Virus record (IMG/VR): IMGVR_UViG_3300035666_000002
DNA length: 64,000 nt
DNA from: a virus
Strand: one strand, 5' to 3'
The position numbers were made by a program, and so were the translations under genes. The stretch's first letter is position 1. Each line of letters starts with the position of its first letter. Below the pieces are notes generated by a model that saw nothing but the letters and a program-made list of their open reading frames with translations, was not told where the DNA came from and made no database searches. Below, piece after piece: positions 31,601 to 41,268 of this stretch.

Positions 31601-31710
31601 TCTAACCATTCATAATATTTTTCCAAAAATGTAACAAATTTTGGATATTCACCTCTTACAAAATCTGGTAATTGACTTTTTACCAGAGTAGAAAGTTTAT
31701 AATTTTCCAT
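28678..31710 (-). CDS. gp7: Baseplate wedge initiator, gp7-like
   Basis: QLPDFVR..YPKFVTFLEKYYEW; FYKSSGT..S.KFLFK.LY; RLQDG..YHNFSYVIKS...HPIG; lies between gp6 and gp8. Confidence 0.7.
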   Translation of the reverse strand: MENYKLSTLVKSQLPDFVRGEYPKFVTFLEKYYEWLEQTNRVNYAVEALVDSNDIDYSDSFYIEKLKQDLAPYFPQNIVNDKRLFLKLVTNFYKSSGTPQSVKFLFKALYNDNIDIYYPKEDILKTSDGKWILPLALRIDTNDNNIFNIAKTKITGLSSKSSAVVEKVIRSVDRQLGITYIEAYVSNVERLFQTGETLSATYYDENSETNVTVTGKLIGSLSEIKINPTNRGLFYNGFDADIGYNGDPVSIVGGLNANSANPIGAIAYVGDTTKGGISDIFVLDGGFGFRSSIDYPNSSIVDFKGGFENSPFGSEAKASIGLIDEDTVRLINVSNMAISTLDGLGSNTTLTGTGAISPSSNIVTGTGTLFTTELSVGDAIYVGSYLTEVNQINSTTQIRTNTVFSTTESGLTLKKAGRTISRIRSTTIENISTYSAFNVHPISFITIDGSGGGYRSRPTVETYSFYNEDLSDSLIMSSRRIIKNTNYIEDTSQDLTLSLETGDYVRLFIPNLYEEVKVITYVDTNRIYFSDNFQNDIPRSLSDIGVSVYKINRNDLYNIGSIGRIDVNNGGTGYANGDILIFTGGSGYGANGYVNVSAGVITSVTINNHSQDAYVIGGEGYKRDSLPAITVQSAAGAGANLTVSEIAGDGESYGLTTSRIGAVSSIRVISYGYDYVSAPYVSLRNADLNVTGVTAGQLFVSNTIIYQGTSNTNFSFKASVDSYDPDTGVLRIFDYVGTLNNSLLIKYDSSIALNAVSATVVSSTFYGDGNAKATAKFENGLIRYPGIYLNTDGQVSSDKRLQDGEKYHNFSYVIKSTKDYATFKKPLNEIVHPIGTKTFTFKTDENKEIITTTDETKYITINDLSDTYNIAASSNTITTTNVSANLITTVNVGDIILLSNVHRRLVGTVNVSTGSNIIISYQGTANFLNDFQEGDTLYLSTGNTVTVREVTNANVAIVSSILNVSSTQVNANVVLVEYAKANSVNANTIITTTTFKANGSNLFATIQKVR

Positions 31711-33782
31711 CAGACTATTACAGTTTTAACGGTTACACTTGTTGGATCTGCTTCATCTAAAACCAGCATCTTATTTAATTTAGATTGAATAATGTTAATT
31801 TTAGGTTTTATATGTACTAATACATCACCAAAATCATTATTGATTGCTATAGGTTTGAAATCGTTTATGTATATTCTTCCCAAAAAGTAGTCAATAGTTC
31901 CTGTAACACCATTATTTTTATTTTTATTGATAACAACTTTTGTACTTTGACTACTTATTGCATCTATTTTATAGTAAGAAATTCTAATCTGCCCAAATCT
32001 TCCCTCCAAAACAGCACTTGCTGCTGCGAGCACTCCGCCTCCTCCAGTTATCTGTATTGCTGCCGTTGTATAACCAATACCTGGAGTTAACACTTCAACC
32101 TTAGAAAGTTTACCGTTTACAATCACTGCTTTAGCTGTAGCTCCCTCGCCATCACCTACTATTGTCACTGTAGGTGTTGAAGTATATCCGTATCCTGGAT
32201 TAGTTACAGTGATTCCCTCTAATCCCGTAAATGAAGAGGGAATTTCTTCAAAGAAACATTGACGAGAAACACCTTCTTCATCAACGACGGTAAAGTCTGG
32301 TGATGAGTAAAAGTTATCATTAGTTGTTCCTCGTGAAAGTTCGAATCCATAATCTAAAATATAATTATCTGCTTGACCCAACACTGGTCTGAATTTTTTA
32401 GCGACGAATAATTCAACTTCATTTGATATGATTGCTGGGCTGTAAGAATCAATAGTAGATTCAAGACCCGAATATTTGAAGTATGAATTAAATTTATTTA
32501 AGTTATTATTACAGTAGTTGGTTATTACAGTTTTTAGATTAGTTTTTATTTCAGAATCGGAAAGTGTAGTTTTACTTTTATCATAAAACACAGTTGTCTC
32601 AAGTTTTAAGTAATTGTAATCGATATCTACAATTTCAGGAGTCACAGTCAAAATGCTGATAGGTTTCAAAATAGTGTTTGTAACAAATTCTTTTTCTGTA
32701 TCCGTTATTTCAAATCCTAATTTAGGTTTGGCTGCAATAAAAACTTTTCCGTAAACTGGAGGGTCGTTTTCTTCACCACCCCAAACGTTAACCGCTTCGA
32801 AAGAAGGGTATTTTTGCTGGATCAATTTGATATAATCGTTCTTTGTAACTGCTCTATTTTGAGAGAGTAAATTTAATGGTGCGGCAAATTTTATCTGCTC
32901 AACAGTTTCTTTCTGAGATCCACCTGATGCTGCGCTTATAGAATTTACTGATATGGTTGAAAACCCACCTATAGCAGTCGTTGATGTGAAATTGTTGGAT
33001 TTATTAGATGCGTTTCCATTTGTTATCAGATATTCCAGTGTTACAATACCACCATCGGGTATTTTTTTACCTATAACATCATCTCCAAAATACACATCAT
33101 ATTGCCCGTTTCTTCCCTCTTGTAAAAAATAAACTTCCGAATTAGAAGTTAAATTTAAAACATCATCCGCTTTTTCATAAATTTCTGACTGAACATTAGC
33201 GACAGATTGTCTTACACTTACAGTGAGTTTTGAAGTATCTACTCTAGAATCGGGTATCGCAAATAATTGTCTAGGATTAGTCGTATAATCATTAGTATAT
33301 GAAAATGTAACTAGTTGACCCTCATAAATCATCACATTATTAAATACAAAATTTGTTCCAGTTTTAGTTGTAGTGTATGCTTCCATCGTAACAAAACGAT
33401 AAGAAATGCCATCTAAAACTGATGATAGAAAGACATATCCTTTTGGAATAGTTAAAGACCCTGGAGTAGAATTGTCTGTTTGAACCGTAACATTAATTAT
33501 TGCTCTAGGTGCAGTCGTTGAACGAGGAACATAACCAACTCTTTTAGCGTGTGAAACAACCGAATTTCTTAGAACAGCGGTGTCCATAAAAGATTCGTTG
33601 GCAATCATATTCAAGTAATAGGCATTGTAATGTGTATTATATGCCAAAACATCAAGAAGAATATTTAATCCTGACCCTTCAAAGTCATAGTCCTGAAACT
33701 CAGATTGCTGCTTTAAGAAGTTTCTTAAATTTGTTTTGATTGTATCGAAATCTAAATCTGTGACAATTAAACGATCAGTCAT
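31710..33782 (-). CDS. gp6: Baseplate wedge subunit gp6
   Basis: LDFDTIK...DYDFEGSGLNILLDVLAYNTHY; QNRAVT; WGGEENDPPVYGKV. Confidence 0.92.
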   Translation of the reverse strand: MTDRLIVTDLDFDTIKTNLRNFLKQQSEFQDYDFEGSGLNILLDVLAYNTHYNAYYLNMIANESFMDTAVLRNSVVSHAKRVGYVPRSTTAPRAIINVTVQTDNSTPGSLTIPKGYVFLSSVLDGISYRFVTMEAYTTTKTGTNFVFNNVMIYEGQLVTFSYTNDYTTNPRQLFAIPDSRVDTSKLTVSVRQSVANVQSEIYEKADDVLNLTSNSEVYFLQEGRNGQYDVYFGDDVIGKKIPDGGIVTLEYLITNGNASNKSNNFTSTTAIGGFSTISVNSISAASGGSQKETVEQIKFAAPLNLLSQNRAVTKNDYIKLIQQKYPSFEAVNVWGGEENDPPVYGKVFIAAKPKLGFEITDTEKEFVTNTILKPISILTVTPEIVDIDYNYLKLETTVFYDKSKTTLSDSEIKTNLKTVITNYCNNNLNKFNSYFKYSGLESTIDSYSPAIISNEVELFVAKKFRPVLGQADNYILDYGFELSRGTTNDNFYSSPDFTVVDEEGVSRQCFFEEIPSSFTGLEGITVTNPGYGYTSTPTVTIVGDGEGATAKAVIVNGKLSKVEVLTPGIGYTTAAIQITGGGGVLAAASAVLEGRFGQIRISYYKIDAISSQSTKVVINKNKNNGVTGTIDYFLGRIYINDFKPIAINNDFGDVLVHIKPKINIIQSKLNKMLVLDEADPTSVTVKTVIV

Positions 33783-33783
33783 T

Positions 33784-34188
33784 TTATCTTTCTCTGTTTA
33801 GAAAAAATTGTATTACTATAGGCTCGGAAGAGTTATTAATAAGAAATGTCATTCCTATATTATATCCGTTATTTTCATAGTCCGGTGAGACTGCTACTTC
33901 CCTTAACTGTATTCTAGGCTCATAATTTGTTAATACTTGTGTTATTTCTCTCTGTAACAAATTAGTGGATATTGTGTCCATTGGTTCGAATAACATCTTT
34001 GAAACATTCGAACCGATTTCAGGTCTAAAAAGTCTCTCATAATGATTAGTTAAAATTAAATTTTTAACTGAATTAATGACCGCTAAGTCATCAACATGCT
34101 TATTCACATCCTTTTTTATAGGATGTGCGGTAAAAGACAAATCCAAGTCTTTATATTTTCTTGTTGTTTGTGCGACTATTGTTGTCAT
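33784..34188 (-). CDS. gp25: Baseplate wedge subunit gp25
   Basis: YKDLDLSF...SVKNLILT...ERLFRPEIGS...YEPRI. Confidence 0.9.
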   Translation of the reverse strand: MTTIVAQTTRKYKDLDLSFTAHPIKKDVNKHVDDLAVINSVKNLILTNHYERLFRPEIGSNVSKMLFEPMDTISTNLLQREITQVLTNYEPRIQLREVAVSPDYENNGYNIGMTFLINNSSEPIVIQFFLNRER

Positions 34189-34198
34189 GTCTTATTTA

Positions 34199-35062
34199 TT
34201 AGTTGTTTGCCGAAAGTTTGTTTATATAAGATTCGGTTCCAATATAATTTTTAATCAAATATTCCTGTGTTGTTCCAACATCTTCCAACTTAGAAACCTT
34301 ATCATAATCATTCAGTAATGACAACCCTTCTCTGTAAAAATTCCAGTCATGCTCTCTTCTTCCACCTATCAAAGTGTTTGCTGTTTGAATTCGTGAAAAA
34401 ATAGAGTTTACTGTTGTGGCAGAAATATTTGAGTACACATTACTGGCAACAAGTCTCGTGCTATTATTGATAGTATTAAAATCAGAAACAACTAAGGTGT
34501 TCGTGTTTGCGATATCAGACTCGATGAATATGCTGGTCATCGATGCTAAAACTGGAGAAGCGTCTTCTCTGTCATCAGTTGCTTTTAACAACATAACTAA
34601 ATTACGACCTAAATCAATTACTTTTTCATAATCAGGATACTCCAAAACTATTTCGGTATTTTCAATTGCAGTCGGAGAACTCACATTTACACCAGAAACG
34701 TTATTAGTATGTGAAATGAATTGATCTATTTCTAGAATCAAATTGGCACTAAGAGAAACAACATTACTTGCAGGAGAAATTGCTTGTACATCATCATAAA
34801 ATTCTATCGTTAGAATAACATTGCTTAGATTCTGTATACTTTGTTTTAATGCATTGGAAACGTTTAGAACAGGATTTCTATAGTAATTTGCAGAAGTTGC
34901 AACATTAGAGTTAGCTAAATCTGATATTTGCCAATCAGTCAAAACTATGGGTTGCGTATTTAAAAATTCTTTTGTTCCATTACTCAGATTGATTGCATCA
35001 CCGAATTTCGTAGTGTCGAAATCGAAACCTAGTCTACCATAAAGTACATTAGCCGTTGCCAT
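34199..35062 (-). CDS. Hypothetical protein, probably virion/baseplate-associated
   Basis: Full-length ORF within the baseplate operon; no recognised motif. Confidence 0.6.
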   Translation of the reverse strand: MATANVLYGRLGFDFDTTKFGDAINLSNGTKEFLNTQPIVLTDWQISDLANSNVATSANYYRNPVLNVSNALKQSIQNLSNVILTIEFYDDVQAISPASNVVSLSANLILEIDQFISHTNNVSGVNVSSPTAIENTEIVLEYPDYEKVIDLGRNLVMLLKATDDREDASPVLASMTSIFIESDIANTNTLVVSDFNTINNSTRLVASNVYSNISATTVNSIFSRIQTANTLIGGRREHDWNFYREGLSLLNDYDKVSKLEDVGTTQEYLIKNYIGTESYINKLSANN

Positions 35063-35070
35063 TTATTTTC

Positions 35071-35901
35071 TCAAATCATCTTTTTAAGTGGTGTTGAAGT
35101 TTTGCCTTTAGGTGCAATGTGCGTATGTAAATTGTATTGCAATCTCATTGTTGTCATTGTTCCTGTAGCATCTCTAACAACTGTTCCTATAATCAAAGGA
35201 GATTTAACTGCGGTGGCTGCATCGACTGTTAAAGGTGTTGCTACCGGTAATCCAAGAGCTAACCCACCAGACTCAGATACAAATCCTAAAGGTCCAGCAG
35301 TCACTTGTGTACCACCATTAACCTTTGTTATCGCAGTAAGCATATCGGCTGTAGCTGATCCAGCAACCAATAAATCACTATCGACGTATGTAATATCGCC
35401 TGCTCTCAAATTTATGACGCCATTTGGAAGAATTGAATTTGGATCTCCAGAATTTATAGAAGTATCACCTAAAGATTGGAACGTAGATTCTCCCACTACG
35501 GTTTGTATAAAATCTCCTCGCACCTCTCTGTAATAATTACCATCAACTCTCTCATACTTATCACCTTTCACATGAACGACCGAATCACCTTCGATAGTTA
35601 TGTTGCAGACGCCTTTTATGAGAACATTATTTTTTCCTGCGACGATTTCATAATTATCACCTACAACTTTTGTTATCATATCCCCATTGGACTGCATTTC
35701 AAAAAATGTACCTACACCACCAGTTTTTGCACCACCATGTTGCAAGCGTATTCTTTCACGATTTTTAGAGTCATCCATTTCAAATGAATGCCCAGATTTC
35801 GTAACTGTCACATGACTATAAGGATAATCTGGAGGATTAGCATCATTAACCTCAGACTCCGGTTCTGTCCAAGAATAATCTTTTTCTGGTTTAGTAGCCA
35901 T
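35071..35901 (-). CDS. gp5 C-terminal (beta-helix spike) portion
   Basis: YPYSHVTVTKSGHSFEMDD...ERIRLQH; VxG beta-helix repeats; terminal HTH (HxH) motif. Confidence 0.75.
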   Translation of the reverse strand: MATKPEKDYSWTEPESEVNDANPPDYPYSHVTVTKSGHSFEMDDSKNRERIRLQHGGAKTGGVGTFFEMQSNGDMITKVVGDNYEIVAGKNNVLIKGVCNITIEGDSVVHVKGDKYERVDGNYYREVRGDFIQTVVGESTFQSLGDTSINSGDPNSILPNGVINLRAGDITYVDSDLLVAGSATADMLTAITKVNGGTQVTAGPLGFVSESGGLALGLPVATPLTVDAATAVKSPLIIGTVVRDATGTMTTMRLQYNLHTHIAPKGKTSTPLKKMI

Positions 35902-35904
35902 TTT

Positions 35905-36909
35905 TTATATCTTAAATGTCCTAGAAGTTACTGATGATACAGTTTGTGCTGTTGCAGCAGCATTTGCAGCCGCAGCAGCGGCGTTGCTAGCAGTTTGCAC
36001 AGCAGCACCTAATGTGTTTTGAATCTCTTTGGCTGCTTCAGTAAATGCAGATAAATCGGAAGAAGAACCTTGAGTTGAAAACAACTCAGAAAATCCTATC
36101 GCTAAAGAACGTCTCAAGTTTTCTAAGCAACCTACTAGAAGTGCTAACAGTTTTTCGGGTAGAGAAAGTATCCATTCAATCATTTGATTAACTTGTGCAA
36201 CATAAGCATTGAAAATTTCAATCGCACTATTTACCTGTTTAAGAAACTTTTGTATTTGTTTTGCTTCCCTCGTTACAGCCTGTGCTATCTCTTTCAATCT
36301 AGCTGAAGTTCCGTCTGGGCTAAATCCTAATGCTTTCAATGCAGCGCGTATTCCCTCGCGAATAATTTTCATGAATTCACTAAACTTCAAACGAACCCAC
36401 TCAGCAGCCCTCCTCATAGGCAAAGAAACATCACAAACATGTTCTCTTCTCTTATTATTTAATGAAATGGTACTTCCAACTACTGTATAGGCTAATCTGG
36501 GTCCTGTAGGTTTACTTTCTTCACTCAAAATAATATTCTGTGCATATTGAGGAAGTTTTTCTAACTGTTGAGGAGTTAATTCGTCGGTACCATTACCGTT
36601 TTTTAGACCATTAAATACTCCGTAAATTACAGGCTTTTGTGCATATCTTCCATCCATAAAAAAGCCAACAACCCAATCACCATGATTCACATCTAGACTT
36701 GATTGTCTTTGATTAACAGGAAGAATAGGTTCTGCCCAAGGTAAATGCTCTTTTGGCATCACGGTAGGATCCAATGAATGAAAACCGAAACATCTAACTT
36801 TCATTCTTCCTAGTTTCAGTGGATCATCAATATCAACTACAACACCAACAAACCATGTGAACCAATTAAGACCAGAAAAACTAGGATCTAAATTTTGTGC
36901 GTTATACAT
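35905..36909 (-). CDS. gp5 N-terminal OB-fold portion
   Basis: WFVGVVVDIDDPLKLGRMKVRCFGFH...LPWA...WVVGFFMDG..AQKPVI. Confidence 0.85.
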   Translation of the reverse strand: MYNAQNLDPSFSGLNWFTWFVGVVVDIDDPLKLGRMKVRCFGFHSLDPTVMPKEHLPWAEPILPVNQRQSSLDVNHGDWVVGFFMDGRYAQKPVIYGVFNGLKNGNGTDELTPQQLEKLPQYAQNIILSEESKPTGPRLAYTVVGSTISLNNKRREHVCDVSLPMRRAAEWVRLKFSEFMKIIREGIRAALKALGFSPDGTSARLKEIAQAVTREAKQIQKFLKQVNSAIEIFNAYVAQVNQMIEWILSLPEKLLALLVGCLENLRRSLAIGFSELFSTQGSSSDLSAFTEAAKEIQNTLGAAVQTASNAAAAAANAAATAQTVSSVTSRTFKI

Positions 36910-38231
36910 TAAGAATATACCTCTAAAGCAGCAGTTTGCGCTTGTGTATTTAAGTACATAGAATCTCTATTATTTGAATCTGTAGCAACTTCAATTATGG
37001 TTTCATGTTTCTGATAACTTATAATATGCCTTGTTGCAATGATTAAATATTTGCCACTTAATGATAAATCTTCGGTAGATTCATCCTGAGATTTTTCACT
37101 TCTTTTAGGAATCAAAAGATTTGCAGTTAAACCAGAAGACAAATCAAAATTGCCAGGCATAGTGACTCTAATTCTTCTTGACACTAAGTTTCTATATAGT
37201 GCTTCTCTTTGTATCAGATAATTGTAATTGTCATCTTCAACATCAATTGAAAAAGGATCATTCTCCCTAACGTAATCACTCTTAGAACTTAAAACAGATG
37301 TTGGATAAAATACAACTCTCGAATCAAACATTTTCGTATTTTCAAATCCTGCCCTATTTTTTATTATTCCCACATGAGGAGTTTTATTTGCATGTTCGCT
37401 TAATGAATAAGTTGAATTAAAATCTACGTATTTTTTAACTATCGCTCTATTCGTGACATCAAATCCCAAATAAGTTCCAGCATAAAGACCTGATGTTATA
37501 TTTTTGTTCAAATCAAATTGTGAAATAATATCATAGTCTCTAGCACCCATCAATTCATATCGATCATCTGATAAATTTTTTGGCTGAAAATTAATAAAGA
37601 ATTTTTCAGGTCTTGCAAGCATAGTAGATAAAGTTACGAAATTGTAACCTTCTCTATTTTCAAAAAATATAAAAGTGGGTGATCCTCTATAATTTATGGC
37701 TCTTCTACAACACAAATCAATAGCCTCGAAAGGAGTTCTATTTGGTACTAAGAGTATTCTGTTACCAATCGTATTTTCTAAAATTCCAAAACTTGCTTGA
37801 GACATCGATAGGTAATTAGATGCTATGTCTAAAACAATTTTAGAATATGTGTCTTTAAATGATTGACGTATTTTTATTTGTTGGGACAGAATAAATTCAT
37901 CAGAAACAAAATGAAGAATGTATTGCTCTTCATTCATACTAACCGATTTTCTGTCACTTTGTTTGTATATTCTAAAAGATTTTTCAATTAAACCATCTTC
38001 AGAGGTTTTTCCCATATTTACTATCAACGCTTCTGAACCATCGAACGATAGTTTGTCTGATAATCCTATAGCATCTCTTATAACTATATTTCCTGTCATG
38101 CAAGGATTGAAAATGCTGTCGTAAATATTCAACTCTTCAAACAAACCTGTAACATCAATAGTTCCTATTTTGGAAACTATCGCCAGTTGTTTTATTGTAA
38201 ATTGTGTCGTATGAATAATTCTATCATCCAT
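36909..38231 (-). CDS. Baseplate hub protein (gp27-like position)
   Basis: IYDSIF...TG.IVI.D; FIFFENREGYNF; LSGKYLI...RH; synteny between gp53 and gp5. Confidence 0.6.
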   Translation of the reverse strand: MDDRIIHTTQFTIKQLAIVSKIGTIDVTGLFEELNIYDSIFNPCMTGNIVIRDAIGLSDKLSFDGSEALIVNMGKTSEDGLIEKSFRIYKQSDRKSVSMNEEQYILHFVSDEFILSQQIKIRQSFKDTYSKIVLDIASNYLSMSQASFGILENTIGNRILLVPNRTPFEAIDLCCRRAINYRGSPTFIFFENREGYNFVTLSTMLARPEKFFINFQPKNLSDDRYELMGARDYDIISQFDLNKNITSGLYAGTYLGFDVTNRAIVKKYVDFNSTYSLSEHANKTPHVGIIKNRAGFENTKMFDSRVVFYPTSVLSSKSDYVRENDPFSIDVEDDNYNYLIQREALYRNLVSRRIRVTMPGNFDLSSGLTANLLIPKRSEKSQDESTEDLSLSGKYLIIATRHIISYQKHETIIEVATDSNNRDSMYLNTQAQTAALEVYS

Positions 38232-38862
38232 TACGCATCAACTCTCTAAACTCTTTTTCTATAACACCAATATATTCTCTTTTCAGAATTTTAATATTTC
38301 TTTTTAGTTCATTTTGCTCAGAATCATATTCGTAATACGTTTTAGATTGTTTACTGGTTGACACAATTACAGAAGAGTTGTCTGGTAATGTATACGTTGA
38401 TTGCTCAGTTGATACATTCGCATAAACATCAGCATCAACTTGAATCATATCTATTGTTTTTTCACCAGTTAATACAAGTGTTCTTGTTTCTATTTTGTAA
38501 TAAGAATGAATATTTTCGTGTGCCCATTCATAACCTGTTTGACCAACGTTTGCGTTATTAGCATACTTCCTATCAATTGCATCCGCAAAACTGATTTGAT
38601 CGAGAGGCCAATCATTTTTGACATCTTTGATTCCATTCATTTTCAATATGAGCCAGTGTTTTTCAGACGAACCATAAACTTTATGAGCGACGATCTCTGG
38701 TGTTTCACCGTCCGGAATAGTATATTCATAATACAAAACTGAATTGTCAAGTATGTTATTGTCAAAAGAAAATCCAGTTGTTAGATTAGTAATTGTGTCT
38801 AACCCAAAAGAATCATCTAAATTATAAACGGTTTTTGGAAAGTAGTTAAAGAAATTTGCCAT
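38224..38862 (-). CDS. gp53: Baseplate wedge protein gp53
   Basis: FFNYFP; YTIPDGETPEIVAHKVYGS...HWLIL.MN...DWP; NELKRNIKIL. Confidence 0.88.
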   Translation of the reverse strand: MANFFNYFPKTVYNLDDSFGLDTITNLTTGFSFDNNILDNSVLYYEYTIPDGETPEIVAHKVYGSSEKHWLILKMNGIKDVKNDWPLDQISFADAIDRKYANNANVGQTGYEWAHENIHSYYKIETRTLVLTGEKTIDMIQVDADVYANVSTEQSTYTLPDNSSVIVSTSKQSKTYYEYDSEQNELKRNIKILKREYIGVIEKEFRELMRNG

Positions 38863-38863
38863 A

Positions 38864-40135
38864 TTAGCCTGGTCCGACTTCTGTTTGTGCTCTTTCTAAG
38901 AGACTTCTATTACCTTCTAAATTTCCTTTTGTTACGATTTCGGTCTCTTCAAATCCTAAACTCATACGAATACTCACCGGGCTTCCTGTTCTACCTGGAT
39001 AAGGATAATCTTCTCCAGGAACTTCATAAGTCTGAAAACCACCTGGAGCATAGTCAACATCAACTGTTTTCAAAACGCATGTTGATATTTTAGGTATGTT
39101 TGGATTTTGAATACCGTTATAATAAAATTCAATATCAAATTCTGAAGGAGGAATCAAAAAATAACCTGCTGTTCCTTGTGCTATTTCGGGTGCCTGATGA
39201 AATTTCAATCTTTCAATTATATCATAAACTTGTTTAGATTCCACTTCACTTCGAGGGTGAAACATGAAGTCGAATCTAAAATTTCTAAAGCTTGGGCTAG
39301 TATAAATTAATTCCATCATAGGGTTTTGTACAAGCCCTGTTACACCAGTAAAAATAGCTTGTGCTGAGTTTTGTCCTAAAAGAGATGACGCTAAACGAGA
39401 TTGTAAAACTCTTTGTGCAACAAAAGGAGTTAAATTTCTTCCTATGTCTTGAGCGGAAAGTCTTCCATTAATAGCATCAGTTATAATTGAAGCTCCAGCT
39501 CCAAAAAATGCAGCATTTTCTCCACCCAACTCCAATTGACGATAATTTTGATTGTGCGTAAAAGCTAGAGTATTGGGCATATATAATGCGATACTGTCTG
39601 TTGTTCTTTTTATTGTTCTCAAAAAATTTACATTATTTAAAGTGCTAACTGAAGAGGCTGCTCCTCCAATAAAGTCTCTAACTTCTTTAGGTAAAGATTT
39701 TTCTATTGATCCAGCAGTCGTTTGAACTGATTTTGCTATATTGTAGAGATTTTGTGAAGTTTTAGAAGGTCCATCGAAACCTTCTGCAATAGAATAATTG
39801 GCAAACTCAACTTCGGCCACCGCATTGTTAATCGCATTTGATCCTCCAGTGATCAAAGAACCAACCACATTTTCAAAATATCCACCTAAGTTGCTGGCTC
39901 CACCCGTTCGATTTGCACTTCTAAAAACCGAAGGTATATTCTGTCCATCCAAATTAGCTTGATATCTGGACTTTTCTTGGACATTGATATGAATTATCAT
40001 ATAATGCCCTTTGTCTGTATTTCCTAGGTCTATTGGATATTTGTAGACATTTGAATCATATCTCTTTGAAACTTGAGTGAAGTTTCTATTGTCATTTTTT
40101 ATATAACGTATGTCTTTGAGGTTGAATAGTGACAT
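38864..40135 (-). CDS. gp48: Baseplate tail tube cap gp48
   Basis: YPIDL; IALYMP; NPMMELIY..PSFRNFRFDF.F.PRS; P.EFDIEFY; CVL..V.VDY. Confidence 0.85.
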   Translation of the reverse strand: MSLFNLKDIRYIKNDNRNFTQVSKRYDSNVYKYPIDLGNTDKGHYMIIHINVQEKSRYQANLDGQNIPSVFRSANRTGGASNLGGYFENVVGSLITGGSNAINNAVAEVEFANYSIAEGFDGPSKTSQNLYNIAKSVQTTAGSIEKSLPKEVRDFIGGAASSVSTLNNVNFLRTIKRTTDSIALYMPNTLAFTHNQNYRQLELGGENAAFFGAGASIITDAINGRLSAQDIGRNLTPFVAQRVLQSRLASSLLGQNSAQAIFTGVTGLVQNPMMELIYTSPSFRNFRFDFMFHPRSEVESKQVYDIIERLKFHQAPEIAQGTAGYFLIPPSEFDIEFYYNGIQNPNIPKISTCVLKTVDVDYAPGGFQTYEVPGEDYPYPGRTGSPVSIRMSLGFEETEIVTKGNLEGNRSLLERAQTEVGPG

Positions 40136-40158
40136 GACTTTCCTATGAGTTGACTACA

Positions 40159-40166
40159 TATTTATA
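40159..40166 (-). promoter_or_regulatory. T4-type late promoter TATAAATA upstream of gp48
   Basis: Exact TATAAATA on the minus strand, 23 nt before the gp48 ATG. Confidence 0.7.
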
Positions 40167-40615
40167 TGTCATACGGAAAAAACACTTACAAAGGCTGGTT
40201 TAAGCCTCAAAACCCTCAAAAGTACAAAGGAAACCCAGAAAATATCATTTATCGATCTTCCTGGGAACTTCGTTGTATGAAATACTTCGATGATCACCCA
40301 AATATCATCTGGTGGTCATCGGAAGAATTGGCTATTCCTTATATCTCTCCAGTTGATGGAAAGAGACACAGATACTTTCCTGACTTCATCATAAAAGTAC
40401 AGAGAAAGGATAATACAGTTATGACATACGTGATTGAAGTAAAACCTGAATCACAGACTAAAAAGCCTACACAAAAGAAGAAAACTAAAAAATTCATTCA
40501 AGAAGCAGCTACATACGCTATAAATCAAATGAAGTGGAAAGCTGCGGATGAATTCTGCCATGAACATGGATGGCAATTCAAGATACTTACGGAGAAGGAT
40601 TTAGGATTAATCTGA
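40166..40615 (+). CDS. gp4: Head completion nuclease gp4 (TnsA-like)
   Basis: KYKGNPENIIYRSSWE...WWSSEE..IPY.SP.D...HRYFPDF...EVKP...KW.AA. Confidence 0.9.
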   Translation: MSYGKNTYKGWFKPQNPQKYKGNPENIIYRSSWELRCMKYFDDHPNIIWWSSEELAIPYISPVDGKRHRYFPDFIIKVQRKDNTVMTYVIEVKPESQTKKPTQKKKTKKFIQEAATYAINQMKWKAADEFCHEHGWQFKILTEKDLGLI

Positions 40616-40686
40616 ACCGAGGACACCAATACTTATAATCCAGGAACCTAAAAAACCAGGTTAACATAAGGCAAATAAATAGAGCC

Positions 40687-41268
40687 ATGGCTTATTTAAT
40701 GGATCGTATCAATCAACAGTTAGCTAAAACTGGGTATCAAGCTCGCTCAAGGCAAGCTAGGAACTGGCTTCGCTCTAAAATTCCAGATTTGAATCCTACA
40801 GCAAGAAAGTTGATGACCAGAGCGGATGAAAGAATGACTCTGACAAGTATTGTCGGTCACATGTATTTCTTTTATTATGATCCCAAAACAAAAGATAAGT
40901 TACCTTATTACGACAAGTTTCCTTTGGTTATGCCTATACAACTGTATGGTGATGGATTTCTAGGCATAAACCTGCATTATATTCATCCTAAACACAGAAT
41001 AATATTATTAGACAAATTGAGTAGTTTTGCTTCAAATCGAGCATACGACCAAAGTACGAAACTCAGATTGAACTATCAAGCACTTTCTGCTTTCTCCCAG
41101 GCTTATGAAGCAACACCATGTTTAAAAAGATATCTTTCAAGCCATGTACAATCTAGATTTTTGGAGATACCAGCAAACGAATGGGATATTGCTGCTCTGT
41201 TACCTGTAGAACAGTTTGAAAAAGCAAGCACCAGTAAAGTCTGGGCAGACTCAAGGAAAAAATTCTAA
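40687..41268 (+). CDS. gp2: DNA end protector gp2
   Basis: MYFFYYDPKTKDKLPYYDKFPLV...GFLGINLHY...KRYL. Confidence 0.9.
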   Translation: MAYLMDRINQQLAKTGYQARSRQARNWLRSKIPDLNPTARKLMTRADERMTLTSIVGHMYFFYYDPKTKDKLPYYDKFPLVMPIQLYGDGFLGINLHYIHPKHRIILLDKLSSFASNRAYDQSTKLRLNYQALSAFSQAYEATPCLKRYLSSHVQSRFLEIPANEWDIAALLPVEQFEKASTSKVWADSRKKF

